NCBI GenBank assembly: GCA_036172245.1
Contig: JAYWIR010000002.1
Location: 6,014,001 to 6,078,000, forward strand
Length of the DNA stretch: 64,000 nt
Direction: 5' to 3'
Source: Raillietiella orientalis
Lineage: Eukaryota
A program made the translations under genes and the position numbers. Positions 11,973 to 24,740 of the stretch are shown here, piece by piece. Position 1 is the stretch's first letter, and every line of letters starts with the position of its first letter. The notes beneath the pieces were generated by a model that searched no databases, was not told the DNA's origin, and saw only the letters and a program-made list of their open reading frames with translations.

Positions 11973-13198
11973 TTAGTGGAAAAATAATTGCCGCTTTTAC
12001 GTATCGAGTGTATATTTGTTAAAAATTGTATTTCTTAATCAAAGTAAAGACCATTGGCCTGCACAGATTTCTCCCAGAGAGGAACAATTTGGTTTATTCC
12101 TACAATATGGAATTCTGGAGTCCCGGAATCAACGAATTCATGGAAAGTGCTTTGAGCTGATGCTTGATCTTTAAAAACCTTCTCTCGTAGGAGGAAATTA
12201 CTCAGTTGTTTAAAAAAAATGATACTCTGTCGGAGGCAGACCCGGAGAATGAGGTGGGTGAGGTGAGGTTTCATAACCCAGTTCGTTTCATTTTTTTTAA
12301 AGTCATTTGTGAGACGTGTGGTCGGGCTTGTCATAAAAAAGAATTGATCCTCCCTGATTGACTCATCCTGGTCGTAAACGATGCAGCATCTCGTGCATTT
12401 TTTCAATCTCCTGACAATACTTTTCTGCTGTTGTTGTTTCACCAGGATTTAAGAAGTCGTGTTGCACGATGCCACTTGCCGACCGCCAAACAGCGACCAT
12501 CATCTTTTTAGGTTCAGGAAACTGTCTGGGTGCTCCTCCTTGGTCCAGCCACTGTGATGAACGTTGCCGACTGCCGTAGAGATTCCACTTTCATCACATG
12601 TGACCGTGCGATCGAGAAAGGGACCGCCTTCGTCACGCAAAAGAAGTGCTGAGCAAACTTCGTATCGCCGAATCGCTTGATGTCCGTTTCGCCCATGCGG
12701 CTCCCGTTGATCCAGCTTTTTTGTTTTAGGCTCAAATTAGGCTCAAATGCCGGACAACTGCTGAACGATCAACATGGAGTTCCTCTGCCACCTCTCGACT
12801 TGTTTTGTACGTGGGTCCGCTTCCGTAATGGTTCTTAAATCATGACTGTCTACAGCTGAAGGATGTCCGCGACTCTTCTCAAGGCTTTCCTTTCCATCAC
12901 GGAAATCCTGGAACCAGTGCTGAGCTGTACGTTCACTGATTGACTCTTCGCCAAAAGCGAATTGGATATTCCGAGCCAATTTCTGTTGCTTTACGTCCCA
13001 ATTGAAACCCACACCACAAAATCGAGCGAATGTTTTTTTTTTTTTTTTTTCCATGATCACTCGAAGAGGTTACATCCAACATTGCTAAAGAATGAAAGCA
13101 ATAGGCATGAGCTGAAATCAGTAATGCATTACATGAGTATAGCAAAAGATAACAGTAACCAGAAAAATCGAACCGCAATTATTTTTGCACCAACCTAA
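11973..13198 (-). mobile_element. Mariner DNA transposon (cecropia/Hsmar1-like), transposase pseudogene
   Basis: 5' TIR TTAGGTTGGTGCAAAAATAATTGCGGTT (13171-13198, minus) and a degenerate 3' TIR at ~11973-11999. Transposase pieces: 'RNIQFAFGEESISERTAQHWFQDFRDGKESLE..GHPSAVD..LRTITEADP', 'TVTCDES', 'GETTTAEKYCQEI' and C-terminal 'LWEKSVQANGLYFD*'. Multiple frameshifts; about 1.23 kb. Confidence 0.92.
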
Positions 13199-13799
13199 TG
13201 GGTAGTAACACGTTCAAAGGGTTGCTTTCGCACCAAGTTAAGGAGGGTATTTGTGAGCTCTTTGCATTGGTAGTGTAATGAATGGCAAACTGTGTGAGAC
13301 AGTGTTAATGCAGTTTGCCCGATACCGACCCGCCCTCGACCCGACCCAGCAGCGGCTTACGATTCAGGAAAGATCGTGTCGCCGCAAGGTCAGACTTCCT
13401 GGAATGGCGGGATGATCAAAGTTCAGCATGCATTCACGAGAAGCAAGATGTCAGAGCAACTGAAATTCTGTCCAGCATCTTTGATGACTTCGAGTGCAGC
13501 AGCCAATCGAAGAGTTCAAGAAATCCTCTCACTAGATCACGCAACGAATCATCTAGCGTATGTTCTATCTCCGATGATTTGGTAGAGTGTTGATGAGTGA
13601 AAGTGAAGAGCTAGAGATATCGTGCCAGAGGAAACACAACGAGGAATTCAGCAAAAGTTTAAAATTGAAACCTTCCTCAAAGACCATTCCATGCAATCCA
13701 AATACGGTTTGGATTGCATTGAGTGATCAGCGAACTCAGGTAAGGTGTGTTGACCGGGACAAATCACAGTACAAGAATTAGCTATTGCCATCATGAACG

Positions 13800-16700
13800 C
13801 AAGATTATGGAGTCAACACCGCAAAGGTGCTTTTGCTTTGCGGTGCCGAATTTCATGCTGTACTGAAGAATCCACAATGCGCTTAGAGGGCGCGGAAAGA
13901 GTTGGACCTGTGTGTTCCCTGGTCGTCGTCGAAGTCCAGTCGAGTGGGCTTCGATTACGATGGCATGGGCGGCGCAGGAACTGAGGAACTGATATTCATA
14001 AGTAGGCGACCGAATATGAAGGAATATGGATACTGAAATCGAAAAAGTTGCCTACGAGACGACGTCTTCACAGAAGGCTGGGATTCGTGTTGAAGCCGGT
14101 CACTTCGATGCTGAACTGGGCAAGTGCGAGGAGTAGAAGGTCCGCAGTCTGTTTGACCGCAAGTCATACGTGGTACGAGTTTAAACTGGCGTGAGATCAG
14201 ATTGGTCCCCACGCCTAAACAACGACGGACTCTCTTAGGGAGGCGAAGGACGGGAAAATCAAAATGGTGCTCAGCTGGAGTTCAAAGCTTGCTATAGGTA
14301 GAATGAAGGGATTGTTCGGAGTGAAAGCGCGTCACGTGACGTTAGGCGAATGGATGGCTTTGCATGGCTCACGGTCAAGTGAGAGTGAGGCAAACAAGAC
14401 TTTGCCTGCAGACGGACTTTGGGATTGCTGAAGCCTATGCTTGCAGATTGTTAGGCGAGCAGCATTATGGTAGTGAATGCCGTTAGAAGATGAATCCTAT
14501 GTTTGGGGGGAGTCAGTTAATGTTGGGGATGCGGCTAGCGTGCCCGAAAGAATGAAGAACAATTAATGGGTTGGTGGAATTGATGCTGTTGCCTCGTAAG
14601 AAGGGTAGGATGTGCAGAATCTCGACAAGAGGACGAGTGAGAAGATAGGAAACGTGGATACGACTGAGGGGACGGGTTTGTGCCTCCGGCGACCTCTTAC
14701 ACGTGATCATCAGTTTCCTGAGGGCGGCAGTTTACTTTGGAAGATCGAGGTTGGATCTGGGGAAGAAGGCAGGTGGCAAGGATAGAGGTAGAAACCGCAG
14801 TGTGCTTGGAAGAAACCAATCTTTCGCCTCGCGATTCTTCGTTCTTCGGAGACGGTCTCATGTCATGACGTCAAGTGTCGGTGTTGCATTTGCTTCATTA
14901 TCTTTATCGAAGCATGGTTCATTATGTGTTGAGGATCAGCTGGCAGATGATTGCTGATGGAGAAGAAGGCAGAAGAAGGATGTGAGCTTGTTTATTGAAC
15001 ATGCAGTCTTGTTATGTCGAGCAATGGTCCTCCCGTCCGTCATGAGTTGATGTGCACACGATGAGAGGGAGTCGTTGTTTTGGATGTTTTTTCCTGTTTA
15101 GTATGGAGTACGTAGGTATGGTTTTTTACCCTGTAACAGTTGCAGTTCATCTAAAAAAAAAAAAAAAAAGGAAACGAGTTAGGAACGCAGTTTTCAAAAC
15201 AAAAACAACAAAGCAAAAGAAAGTTTGTGGGGAGGGTTCACCGACACAAAGATCGTCTGTCGGCTGCTGAAGAAGTTCGGGTGAGTAAGGAAAAGGGACA
15301 ATGAATGAAGACATAAAAGGGTGGGTGGAGACAGTGGTCTTTGGCAGAGGCCGCTTCTCTCTGCTGAGAACCGGAGAAGAATGTCGGCGATCTCCGTTCC
15401 GACTTTTCCGTCGAGGCGAGGCCGCCTACCGGCCACCTACCGAAGGCGGCTGCCATGCGGTTCGGGCCTCCCTCCGCGGCGCCCGAGACCCCATCCATCA
15501 CGTGAGGGTGCTGCGGCGATGGCACGGACGCAACATCTCGCTGCCAACATGGCGGCGTGCCGAGAGTGCCTTCCGAGCGCAGAAAGGTGCCACAGCAAGT
15601 CCTTGTCCATGTCTTCCGGTTGTAGGAGCGCTGAAGATAGCCACCTCCACAGTTTCTGGAGGGCTCTGTGTAGTTCAGCAGCAGGTGCGGAAACGGCTCG
15701 AGCCTCAAGCAGTTTGAGGACGCAACTTCCCGAGAAACGTCATCTTAGGAACAGTCATGTTTCATTGGTTTGGGTAGCGACTCTAGGATCGAGTCTGTGA
15801 GATTGCGAATCTTGGACATCAAAGTATTATTTTTCGACGATGGTTTGTTGCATCAAAGAAGCAATTGATTTGTTCCATTGACCTGCAGAGTTCGCCAAGC
15901 GGTCGGCTTCGCGGATTTCCGCTTCGCAACGTAGATCGTGCACATGAGTCATTGAGGGCTGCAATTCCAGGACCCAGGAAGAGTCCGGAGGGGAAGAGCT
16001 AGGAAGGAGAAGAAACACAGTGGCGACGAAGGCACTTCCGACTGGGGCAGGAGAACGAAAGCCATGACTCGGGTTCCCTGTCATGGGAATTAGGGGAAAG
16101 ATGGGGCTCGTGAGTTGAGTGAGACCCTTTTGAGCAGGTGGTATCGTGGGGATGGGGAGATGGTCTGAAGACGCATGTGGCGGAGGTGACCAGGGAGATG
16201 GCTGCCGTATTTGTCGGAGATGGACCGCGGTGTGACGCAAGGGAACAAAGGAAATTATTCTTGGCTGGACACGGACAGGAGTAATGAGGAAGTCTGAGAA
16301 GAGAAAGGTCCCCTCTGATTGAGCATGCGGTAGCAAAAGGTGGATACGCAGCGAAGTGCGAGGAATCGTAATGGGCTTGTTAGATCTCTGATGATGAAGA
16401 ATGGGCAGGATGGGGTCTGCCTCGGTTCCCTCCAGTGGTGCCTGGGGAATTCGGGAAGTTGCTTTGCGTGCAGGGGGGATGCGGATGTGATGCGCTAATG
16501 AGGATCGGGAATTCCGGAAAAGCAAGGTGGAAGGGCGGGGATCGGCGGGCTGTTTTCCTGGAAGCGAAAAAAAAACTCCCCCGCAGGAATGAGGTGACAT
16601 GTTGGCCGGACGCAGATGCCACAGAAACCAGAATGGGGAGATGACTGTGGCAAATCGAAGCGGTATTTGGCCTTAGGGTAAATGCATCCTGGAAATGCCA

Positions 16701-16820
16701 TCATTAGGGGAGTAATGAGGTCCGATATGCAGGCTGAGATGCTTTCGCGTGAAAAGTACCGCAGCACACGGTAGAGATGAAGACGCGCTACTGGGAAGAA
16801 TTGACGTTGATGGCTTGGCT
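13800..16820 (-). mobile_element. DIRS-like retroelement remnant (RT, RNase H, tyrosine recombinase), interrupted
   Basis: RT-like 'FRFQENSPPIPALPPCFSGIP' (~16540), RNase H-like 'SWVLELQ...EIREADRLAN' (~15900-15970) and YR-like 'TCPVQH' (~14120) and 'AHST' (~13945), in the expected order. Confidence 0.5.
15300..15800 (+). mobile_element. Possible LINE RNase H fragment nested in the DIRS remnant
   Basis: 'SMSSGCRSA' (I.SD.RSA-like) followed by 'HVSLVWVA' (V.L.WVP.H-like) in ORF 15321-15800. Confidence 0.3.
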
Positions 16821-16825
16821 GCACT

Positions 16826-16990
16826 GCGTTGGTGGTTGAGTGGCTACGTCCTCCGCGCGTGATGTCAAGAGCTACGGGTTCGAATCTCGCCCGGGGAAAA
16901 CCGACGCTGAGAACGGGGGGCTCGTCGTGGAGTTCGAGTCACCTCTGTAGGACGACACTGATTTTGCCTGCGGGATTCGGGCGAGGCACT
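16826..16990 (+). mobile_element. tRNA-derived SINE
   Basis: Pol III A box TGGTTGAGTGG (16833-16843) and B box GGTTCGAATCT (16877-16887) at tRNA-like spacing, without a complete cloverleaf. A second B-box-like AGTTCGAGTCA lies at 16931-16941. Confidence 0.6.
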
Positions 16991-16994
16991 AGTT

Positions 16995-17740
16995 GACACC
17001 CGGTCTTGCCGAGGCATTTATTTATAAAATAAACATACACGTCTGTGGCAGGATATTTGATCCTGCCACTTTACTTATAGCTACGAGAAGGAACCTGCCT
17101 GGAACTGGCACGCAGGCCAGCGGGTTCACCTCGGCAGCACAGGGAAAGGGGAAACAAACAAAAAGGAAAAAATAAAACAAAAAATATACAGTCAAAAAAT
17201 GGGGACTGAGGGGTTCGGGAAGAGATTACTGTGTGCTGGAGGATGTTCTCTGTATCCTTGTAAGGATGCCAGAAAGTTCCTGTTTTATGGTTCCCACATG
17301 GAACCATCTTGACTCTGTCCTCATGAAGAGGGTCGCAAAATAGCTGTAGGTCGTTCTGCCGTCCTCGCCTCCTCTGGCGTTGTTCCATGCAGCCGCCACG
17401 GTCCCACCAGGCACAGGGCTGGTGGAGATGCGTCCGGCGTGAGGACGTCGCGCAGGAAGAGGCGCTTTCAAACGTCTCTGGCGTTGCCACCAGGATTCCA
17501 AGGGTCGCGGCAAAACGCCCCCAAAGAAGCCGCAAGCAACACAGTCTACTAGAAGGTGCTGGAGGATTCCCGCTCCTCCCACCTTGTACACTTTGGGTCC
17601 ACTTCCTCCCGAGGGCGAGGCACTGGTGAAAACCAGAAACCCCAGGATGCCCCTGTTGACTGGCTGGCATTGGAAGTCGACCCTCGGGGGTCCTTTCAGC
17701 CGGTTCACTTTGAAATTCCCATCCAGCTGAAAAAATGAAG
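16995..17740 (-). mobile_element. Tx1/L1-clade LINE 3' end
   Basis: 'DPKCTRWEERES/QHLLVDC' CCHC finger, 'AWNNAR' (IW..RN-like), a T-rich 3' UTR and AATAAA. Homologous to 18310-18800. Confidence 0.6.
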
Positions 17741-17799
17741 CCGTATTATGGAGTTGTTTAATAACCCTCCGGGTGGTCGCCTCTCCAGAGTGTGAGAAG

Positions 17800-18305
17800 C
17801 GTGCTACTCCCTTCGGGGAGCGCCCTTTAGAAATATCTGGAAACTTTCCTTCGGGGTTCTCCTCAGAGGAGGAGGGAACAACGAGCGTTTCCCATGCGGG
17901 TTCCCTCCGGAGAAAAAAAGAGGAACGACCTCACAAACCAGGGAGTCCCTCCGGAGGAGAAAACGAGGAGGATGATTCCTCTCGAGGTTCCCTTCGCAGA
18001 CAACCAAGACGAGGGTTTCTTTAGGGGTTGTTCCCCTACCAAGAGTAAGGGGAACAGACTCCTTCCTCCGGAGCCCTTCCTGGATCCATCGGGTGGTCCC
18101 TCCGGGGTTACCCCTAACACGGAGAATCACATGCGCCCTCGGATGGCACGGACAGCGTTAAGGAGCTTCGTAAATCAACCCTGATGGGGAAGCTGACGGT
18201 TCTTCAGCATTCGAAGAACCAAAAGAAAAAAGCTGGAAGGGAAGCAGCGCAACAGAAGAATTCGGAATGATTCCCATCAACCATTTATGTTCCCTCCGGT
18301 GGAGG
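17800..18305 (+). mobile_element. Fragment of the same DIRS-like family as 9700-11050, opposite orientation
   Basis: Direct nucleotide similarity, e.g. cctaccaag...gactccttcctccggagcccttcctggat and cggttcttcag...aaaaagctggaagg...tccctccggtggagg, to the reverse complement of ~9836-10110. Confidence 0.55.
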
Positions 18306-18309
18306 TTTG

Positions 18310-18800
18310 TTTGTCACTCGGATTTGTTGGGGCATTTATTATAAAAATTTTTAATAAAAGTCCTCGTCTATATTACAGATTCGTGGTAGAACATTTGGTT
18401 CTACGACGCGCGAAGGACTTGTCAAAAGCCTATATGCAGACCGGTGAGATCCACTGCATCGGCAAAGGGGGAGGGAAAACCACAAAAAACAAACAAAAAA
18501 GAGAAGGAAAAAAGGGGGGGAGTAGTTTCTTAGAGAGGGAAGGGATCACTGTTAGCCTGGAGATGTGGTTTGCATCCTGCTCAGGATGCTGACAAGTGTT
18601 GTTTTGGCGTTGCCCAGGTGGTGCCATCTCGATGCGGTCCTCAAGAAGATCGTCGTCCAGTATATGGATGGAGTCCCTGCCATTTTTGCCCTCTCCTTGT
18701 CGCATTCCAGCACGCCACGATTCCACGAACGCGGCAGCAGAGAACTTCTAAGGACCGTCGATTCTACCACACCAATGTATTTTTATTACCTTACGTAATA
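18310..18800 (-). mobile_element. Tx1/L1-clade LINE 3' end (second, diverged copy)
   Basis: Translation 'AGTPSIYWTTIFLRTASRWHHLG..LVSILSRMQTTSPG*' aligns with 'GRTTYSYFATLFMRTESRWFHVG..LSGILTRIQRTSSSTQ*' of the 17-kb copy. Same 3' terminal motif. Confidence 0.55.
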
Positions 18801-19599
18801 AATGTCCCGGTATAACCAGATGATAATCATGACCAACAGCTGCTAGGGCTGGAGGGGGCGAAATTCACTTGGAGCTCCTGTATTGGATTGCAGCTTTCCT
18901 GCCCTACGAGATGGCATGCTTGGCAGCTCTCCGGGCAGCAACAGGCACACTGCTGTCTGCTTTTCTCTCGGCTAGTGACGGTCCATAAACACCGCTGTCT
19001 TGTGATGGGCTTCTGTGGCACCCTCCAAAGTGTCATTCAAGAAGCAGCTGGAACCTACACGGCCTCGCTCGGGATACGCATATCCGGTCGCATCTGTCCT
19101 GGAAACCCTAGTGGACCTCGGTGAAACAACCCTCCTTCCTCTTCTTTTCCGTGTCTCCTTTCTTAATGTTTTTTTGAGCCTCCTTCAATGCTTTCCCGCT
19201 ACCAGACTTTGGAGCCACCACAGGGCAACACATGTCGCCCCTCACACAACTTGCATTCATGTGAGAGGGACAGAGAGACTGGAGTGGATGTAACCTACGA
19301 ACTGGATGTCGTTTTTGTTACGCAGGCTGTGCCTAGTGACGGGGAGCTATTCTCTGGTTTACCACACTTGAGGAAATCGCGATTCCTGCTCCCAGTTGAA
19401 CTGTCGAGAGGATTCCTAGTAACGACCCCAGTTTGGAAAGCGAGAGGTGTTGCTAATATGTGTCATCATTCTAAGGACCGCAGGATGTTTCGATGCTGGA
19501 GAGTTGAATGTGGGTCGATGATGAATGCATTATGAGGTATGACATAAGAACTCGGGTTGTGGGAATCTAAATGATATTAATGGAATGCTGGAGGTGAAG

Positions 19600-22500
19600 C
19601 GCAAAGAAAGAATAGTGAAGAGAATGGGTAAGGGTAAAATAACAGTTGGTGGGATCGTGATTGGGGCTTTGGGAGGAAGACAGATGGTTTATGAGGTCTG
19701 AGAAAACGATGCGTATTTCCCCAGCTTGACAAGGCAGAGGCTGACTGGTTATCAGCTAAGTAGAGACAGGAAATGGACGAAGGTGGAGGGAGGAAGGGCG
19801 TGTGCGTAAGTGTACTGTCATCGTGGGACCGGAGTAGTCGTAGAATAGGAAGAGCTGTACAGTAGTCACCAGTAAATGAGGAAAGATCAGAGGATCGATG
19901 CATGAGGTATCCGAGTTGTATCCAGAGCTAGTAGTAATTAAAGTGAGGATGAACGCTCTGCTTTTGCTCGGGATCGGGAAGGTTTCGCATCAGAAAGAGT
20001 CGCATCTGAAGATTGTTGAAGTCGGAGTTGATGGGTGCAGTGAGGTTGGGATGTTTCTGGTCCCTCCCCATGGAAGGCGAGATCAGGGAGAGATGAATGT
20101 GAGATGAACGTGGGTATAGTGGCGTTTGCTCTTCGTGGAGGAGGAGCAACCGCGTCACGTTCGATTGCTTTGGCTGGTTGTGATTCCGGCAGCGATCCTC
20201 GTCGGTCAGTAAATTGGACGTTTTTATTGAGCGCGTTGATAACTTCGAGTGCTTATTGTTCTGGGCCGGTGTAGCATAGGTTGATGTTTCTCGGGAATGA
20301 TTGGAAAAGAGGAATGAGGGCAGTCGGCGGGGGAGTCTGGCTGATGGAGTGATGTTCAATGGACCTTGTCCTGCTTTTTGTTCCACTGAGGAGTAAATCT
20401 GGGATAAGTAAAGGGCTGACGTGCATAATGAAGGAAATCGCCCTGATATGCTTCTCACGGATGTCTGCAAGCATTCACAAGAGCCGATTCGCTCTCTCTA
20501 TTCTCTCTTTTTCTCTTTGTATCTTGTGTGTTTTTTGATGGTAGAGTGATTTCTATGGTAATAGTCGCTGTATTGATGGGGTTACTAGAGCGAACAGTCT
20601 GTAGCAAAGGTTAATGTTTCTTCATACGTTATTTAGATACTTAATTAGATGGACATGGCTTATTTTCTAGATGTCGTGGAGTTAGTTATTAGGTTGTTGG
20701 AACTGGAAGGTGCATTGCTCACAGTGTTATTTTTGCGAGTTGCCGGCTTATGGTGTTCAAGCATGGCTTTCTAAAACTCAGGTGGGGTCTATCTATTCCT
20801 TATGATTCGATCGGTGATGCTGGCATTGAGTGTAAGAGATTGGGTTGATGCTGCTATTAGGAAGAATGGCTTAATTAGGTTGTTCAGGAAGCAGGAACAT
20901 GTAGTTGATAAGGTCTGAATGTTGAGGAATCATCTCCGTGTTTCCAGTAGGTTGCACTACAAGGTTCTTAGTGGGTCACATGAGGCTGACTGTTAGTGGA
21001 AGAGTGGTTGTGGCTGGACAGACAGCGACGAATGGGTTTATTTTGCTTATGGTGGCTCGTGGATGTGTGTCTTCTGGTTCAGTTTTCCTTGGTGGTTAGG
21101 GAATCAACTATCTCCTGAAGAATGGTCTGTATGCTGTAGGAATTTGGTTCTTCTTTCAATGCCTCGCCCCCTTCCAGTTCAGGGCTAATTGAAAAGATTG
21201 GTAATCATGTGAAGATAGCTACGGGAGCGATGGTTTGATTGGGTATCATTGCGTCGCTTTTGGGTGGGACCGACAGCAGCGCGTGGGTGGATCTCTGTGG
21301 AAGGTGGGCACGGAGCACCTGCTTCGAAGAGATGGTTTTGCATGTGGTGGCTAGAGTGATGATCATGACGATTAGCATGAATCAATGTGTTCAAGAAGTG
21401 CATTGGGAACAGATTCGCAGTCTGACAGCTAATACTCGGTTTGTTTCATGTGTGGCTGCTGATTGGTAAAACGGTCGAGAATGTGAAGCTGTGGAAAGCA
21501 ACCGGCAGTAACAGAGAGGGTGTTCGTATTGGTGAGGGCTTCTAGCTGGAAATGGTGGCTGAATAAAGCAGCTGAGGTTAAACCCTATTATTCAGTTATT
21601 CTCTATATGAATCGTGCTCCACATCTTAGTAGTGTGATTACTTTTCTCTCAATAATCATTATTATAAGTTTGTATAATACATAAACGGTTTGTGAATCAC
21701 ATTTCTGAGATTATGCATTTGCGGGCGTGGACTTTTGATGCTTTCGAGTCGTTACGAAGGAAAGAATGGTCGAAAGGCGCAATTTCCATTCAGCGCTTGG
21801 TTGTTGGAAGCACTGAGAAGAGCCATTATGAGCCACCATAATGAGCTCTGGTGCTTTTCGTCTGCGTGGGTCGCCCCCGTGGTTTTTGTAATGCCTTGAT
21901 TTATCGGAATTTGTAGGTTCGGTATCGAGGTACATGCAGATGGGGTAACCACAGCACATTAGGGGTTCGTGGGGGGGGGGGGAGAAATGAGGGCGGTGTG
22001 AAGGTGGTTACTGACTCTGCATGAAAGAGGAGCTGTCTTGATGCCGCCGTGAAAGAGATGATGGATGGCATACGAGGAAAGGGTGACGAAGAGGAGCAGG
22101 TAGGTCCACGATCCATACTTTGGACATTATATCCATGGAATGAGGCTGGTAGGATTTCTTTTTTTTTTTTTTTTTTGAGATCGTCATAGGAAGATTTCTA
22201 ATGTGATATTTGAGAATGAGGATCAGTCACAGCGATGTTATTGTTTAGTTATATCTGATGTTAGGAGTTAGTTAGTGGTATCGAATACTGGGCTAGTTAG
22301 ATAAGAAGAGGAAGTTGAGAGGGGCACAGCAGGATATTGAATTATTCTATCCCCACTAATAGTATTGAATTTCTTACTAATTGTAGGGGGCAGCCTGCTT
22401 GCAGGGAAGGCTGAGGCTCCAGCCAAGGAGAAATATGCGGTAGTGGGGTTCTGATAAGGTTGAAGGGAATCGGATGATGAGATTGAATGGCTAAAGACGG

Positions 22501-22700
22501 CCGGTGGATGGGGGGGCGCATTGAGTGAGGGGGGTCATGGCATGCCAGGTAAAAGAGACGCCAGCTGTGATGTGCTGAGGAAGTTGCACGCAGTGGTTTC
22601 TTCCGTGGGCTCTCTTCGGAATCGGGGTTCGCTGTGGCAGAATGGGCCACTGACCCACAGAAGCCAGCGAGAAGCGGTAGCTTTTGAATCGATTCATACC
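19600..22700 (-). mobile_element. DIRS-like retroelement remnant (RT, RNase H, YR)
   Basis: 'HYRIFLLGWSLSLP' (~22430, Y.F..LPFGLS.SP), 'ISFTAAS' (~22050, FTDAS), 'PINQGITK...LWWL..LLSA' (~21850-21900, DIRS RNase H) and a weak YR C-terminal match at ~19720. Confidence 0.5.
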
Positions 22701-23264
22701 TGCTGGGAAAACAGGATACTCACGTGTGCCTTCTGGTTTTGAACAAGGCGTTGCGTTGGACTCGGTGGCCGGGTGGAACAGCTACAGATTCTAGCAGCTT
22801 GAGCTCCAGTTCCGAATGATCCTTCCACTCAAAAGGAAAAGAGGGATATTGACCCTTATTTGTTCAACCTGCATCGAATTATAATGACAAGAAAACGTTT
22901 CGCGATTCATTCTGTGACTTGCGACTCGCTTAATTTGTTGTGATGGCGTATTGGGTGTAATCCGAAATCTGCATGGAGGGAAAAGGAATCCCAGTTTCAA
23001 GCCGACTGGCACCTTGAGAGGGAGACAACCGACGTGAGTGAGATTGGAGCTTTCCATTTCGATCATAGGATCAGTGATGGGATTAATGACGGTCACGAGA
23101 TGGATGTGTGTAGCTATGTGAGAAGATAAAGAGGAGTAAAGGTCAAATGATGGCTGATTCTATATCGAAGAGAAGAACGGAAAACAGTCACAAAAGATCA
23201 GCAACGGAAGACCATTCTGGCGCCCAGAATCAGGGAAGGATCCAGTTGGTGCTCCTTTCTCTCA

Positions 23265-24481
23265 CAGATGTAAAGATGGAGGTCATCTTCAATGCTGAAT
23301 GTCAGCAACAGGGAGATTCTCCACAGGACCATTCCTATCGCCTGTGGGTCGAGGGCAGCGTCTCCTAGCCTGCTCCTCATCTCCCCCGTAGCTTCCTCTG
23401 CCCTGGCCTCCTTACGCACGTTCAATTTGTTGGTTTGGGGATTCATCCTAGACCACTGCATGCCATGGGCTTGCCAGAGCTCGCTGGCCCTGTGGGTTGT
23501 CCTCCCTTCCATCGATCTCTTGTAGGCGAGGACTTCGCTGCTGGACAGTCGCTCACACTTTCCCCATGATCATCTTCGTTTTGTGGACCGAGTCTGAAGA
23601 TCTCTTCTTGCAGAGCCTTCATCTCAGAAAGACAAGGCCAACCTCTGGAACCTTCTTCTCACAGAAAGACAACTTCCAGGATGGGATGATCACGCCGAAG
23701 TTTCTCAATTCGGCATATTTCCTCCTCATCCCTCAAAGGACGGCGAAAGGACTGCCCGACATTTAGTGGAACCTGGTCTGGTGAGGGAAAAGACCAAAGT
23801 CAAGTTGCAGTACCCGTGCCGTCCGCAGGTGAAGGAGGCACCGGCATGCGCGACATCACCACCTCCGTGAAGCCCCAGGACCTCAGACATCTGGTCCGAA
23901 TCTCAGCGCATAGGACGACTTCTTGTTCGTGTTCCCCGCGCCTATGCAAGACTGACACACGGAACCGGCGGCCTCATTTCTTCCACTGCGTTCCCAGCGG
24001 GCTACTAGAAAAGTATCGACCCGACATGTCCGAGGAACCAGAGCCTTTTTAGGATCTTGAAACGCAAGATCGTTCTCCGGAGTAAAGAACTCTGGGACAA
24101 GGAACTCGCCGAAATATCCGTTTGTTCATCACTGTTCCTTGGGACACGGAAGTCTCGATCCATAAAACGAAGATGATTATGGGGAAAGTGTGAGCGACTG
24201 TCCAGCAGCGAAGTCCTCGCCTACAAGAGATCGATGGAAGGGAGGACAACCCACAGGGCCAGCGAGCTCTGGCAAGCCCATGGCATGCAGTGGTCTAGGG
24301 TGAATCCCCAAACCAACAAATTGAACGTGCGTAAAGAGGCCAGGGCAGAGGAAGCTACGGGGAAGATGAGGAGCTCGCTAGGAGACGCTATTCTCGACCC
24401 ACAAGCTATAGCAATGGTCCTGTGGAGAACCTCTCTGCTGCTGACATTTAGCACTGAAGATGACCTCCATCTTCACACCTG
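23265..24481. repeat. Inverted repeat: arms 23265-23594 and 24152-24481, 557-bp spacer
   Basis: Hand alignment gives 330-bp arms, no indels and 22 mismatches (~93% identity). The same peptide MEGRTTHRASELWQAHGMQWSR... appears on both strands in the ORF track. Confidence 0.97.
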
Positions 24482-24740
24482 CAGCACCTTGTCCAGGATT
24501 GGAAGGTGCTGCGACAGGAGATGGGACTGGCCAACGGATCCAAACCGATCCTTCGAGAGCTTTAAAGGCAACGCTCGGGTGGCCCTGCAAGGACTCCTGA
24601 AGAAAGAATTGAACATTCTCTCATGTGGGAAGGTACCGTCCTGGGCCCTCTTGCACTGCCTAATACTAGTGAAAGACGCGGCAAAGATGGAGTAGTGCTC
24701 CACCCGCGCGTGACCGTAGTGAAAGCGAAAGCGACTCACC
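23595..24740 (+). mobile_element. Tx1/L1-clade LINE ORF2 post-RT fragment
   Basis: 'WNLVW*GKRPK...GEGGTGMRDI' matches the L1/Tx1 F.W.GK.P....EGGLG.PD motif. 'EDDLHLHTC' resembles the degenerate C-terminal finger. Confidence 0.65.

Noticed and set aside
16826..16900. Possible tRNA gene
   Set aside because: A and B boxes are present but acceptor and anticodon stems do not pair; better read as a SINE head.
23198..24695. Duplicated ORF considered as an endogenous viral element
   Set aside because: Adjacent sequence carries the L1/Tx1 W.GK.P...EGG.G motif, so a LINE origin is sufficient.
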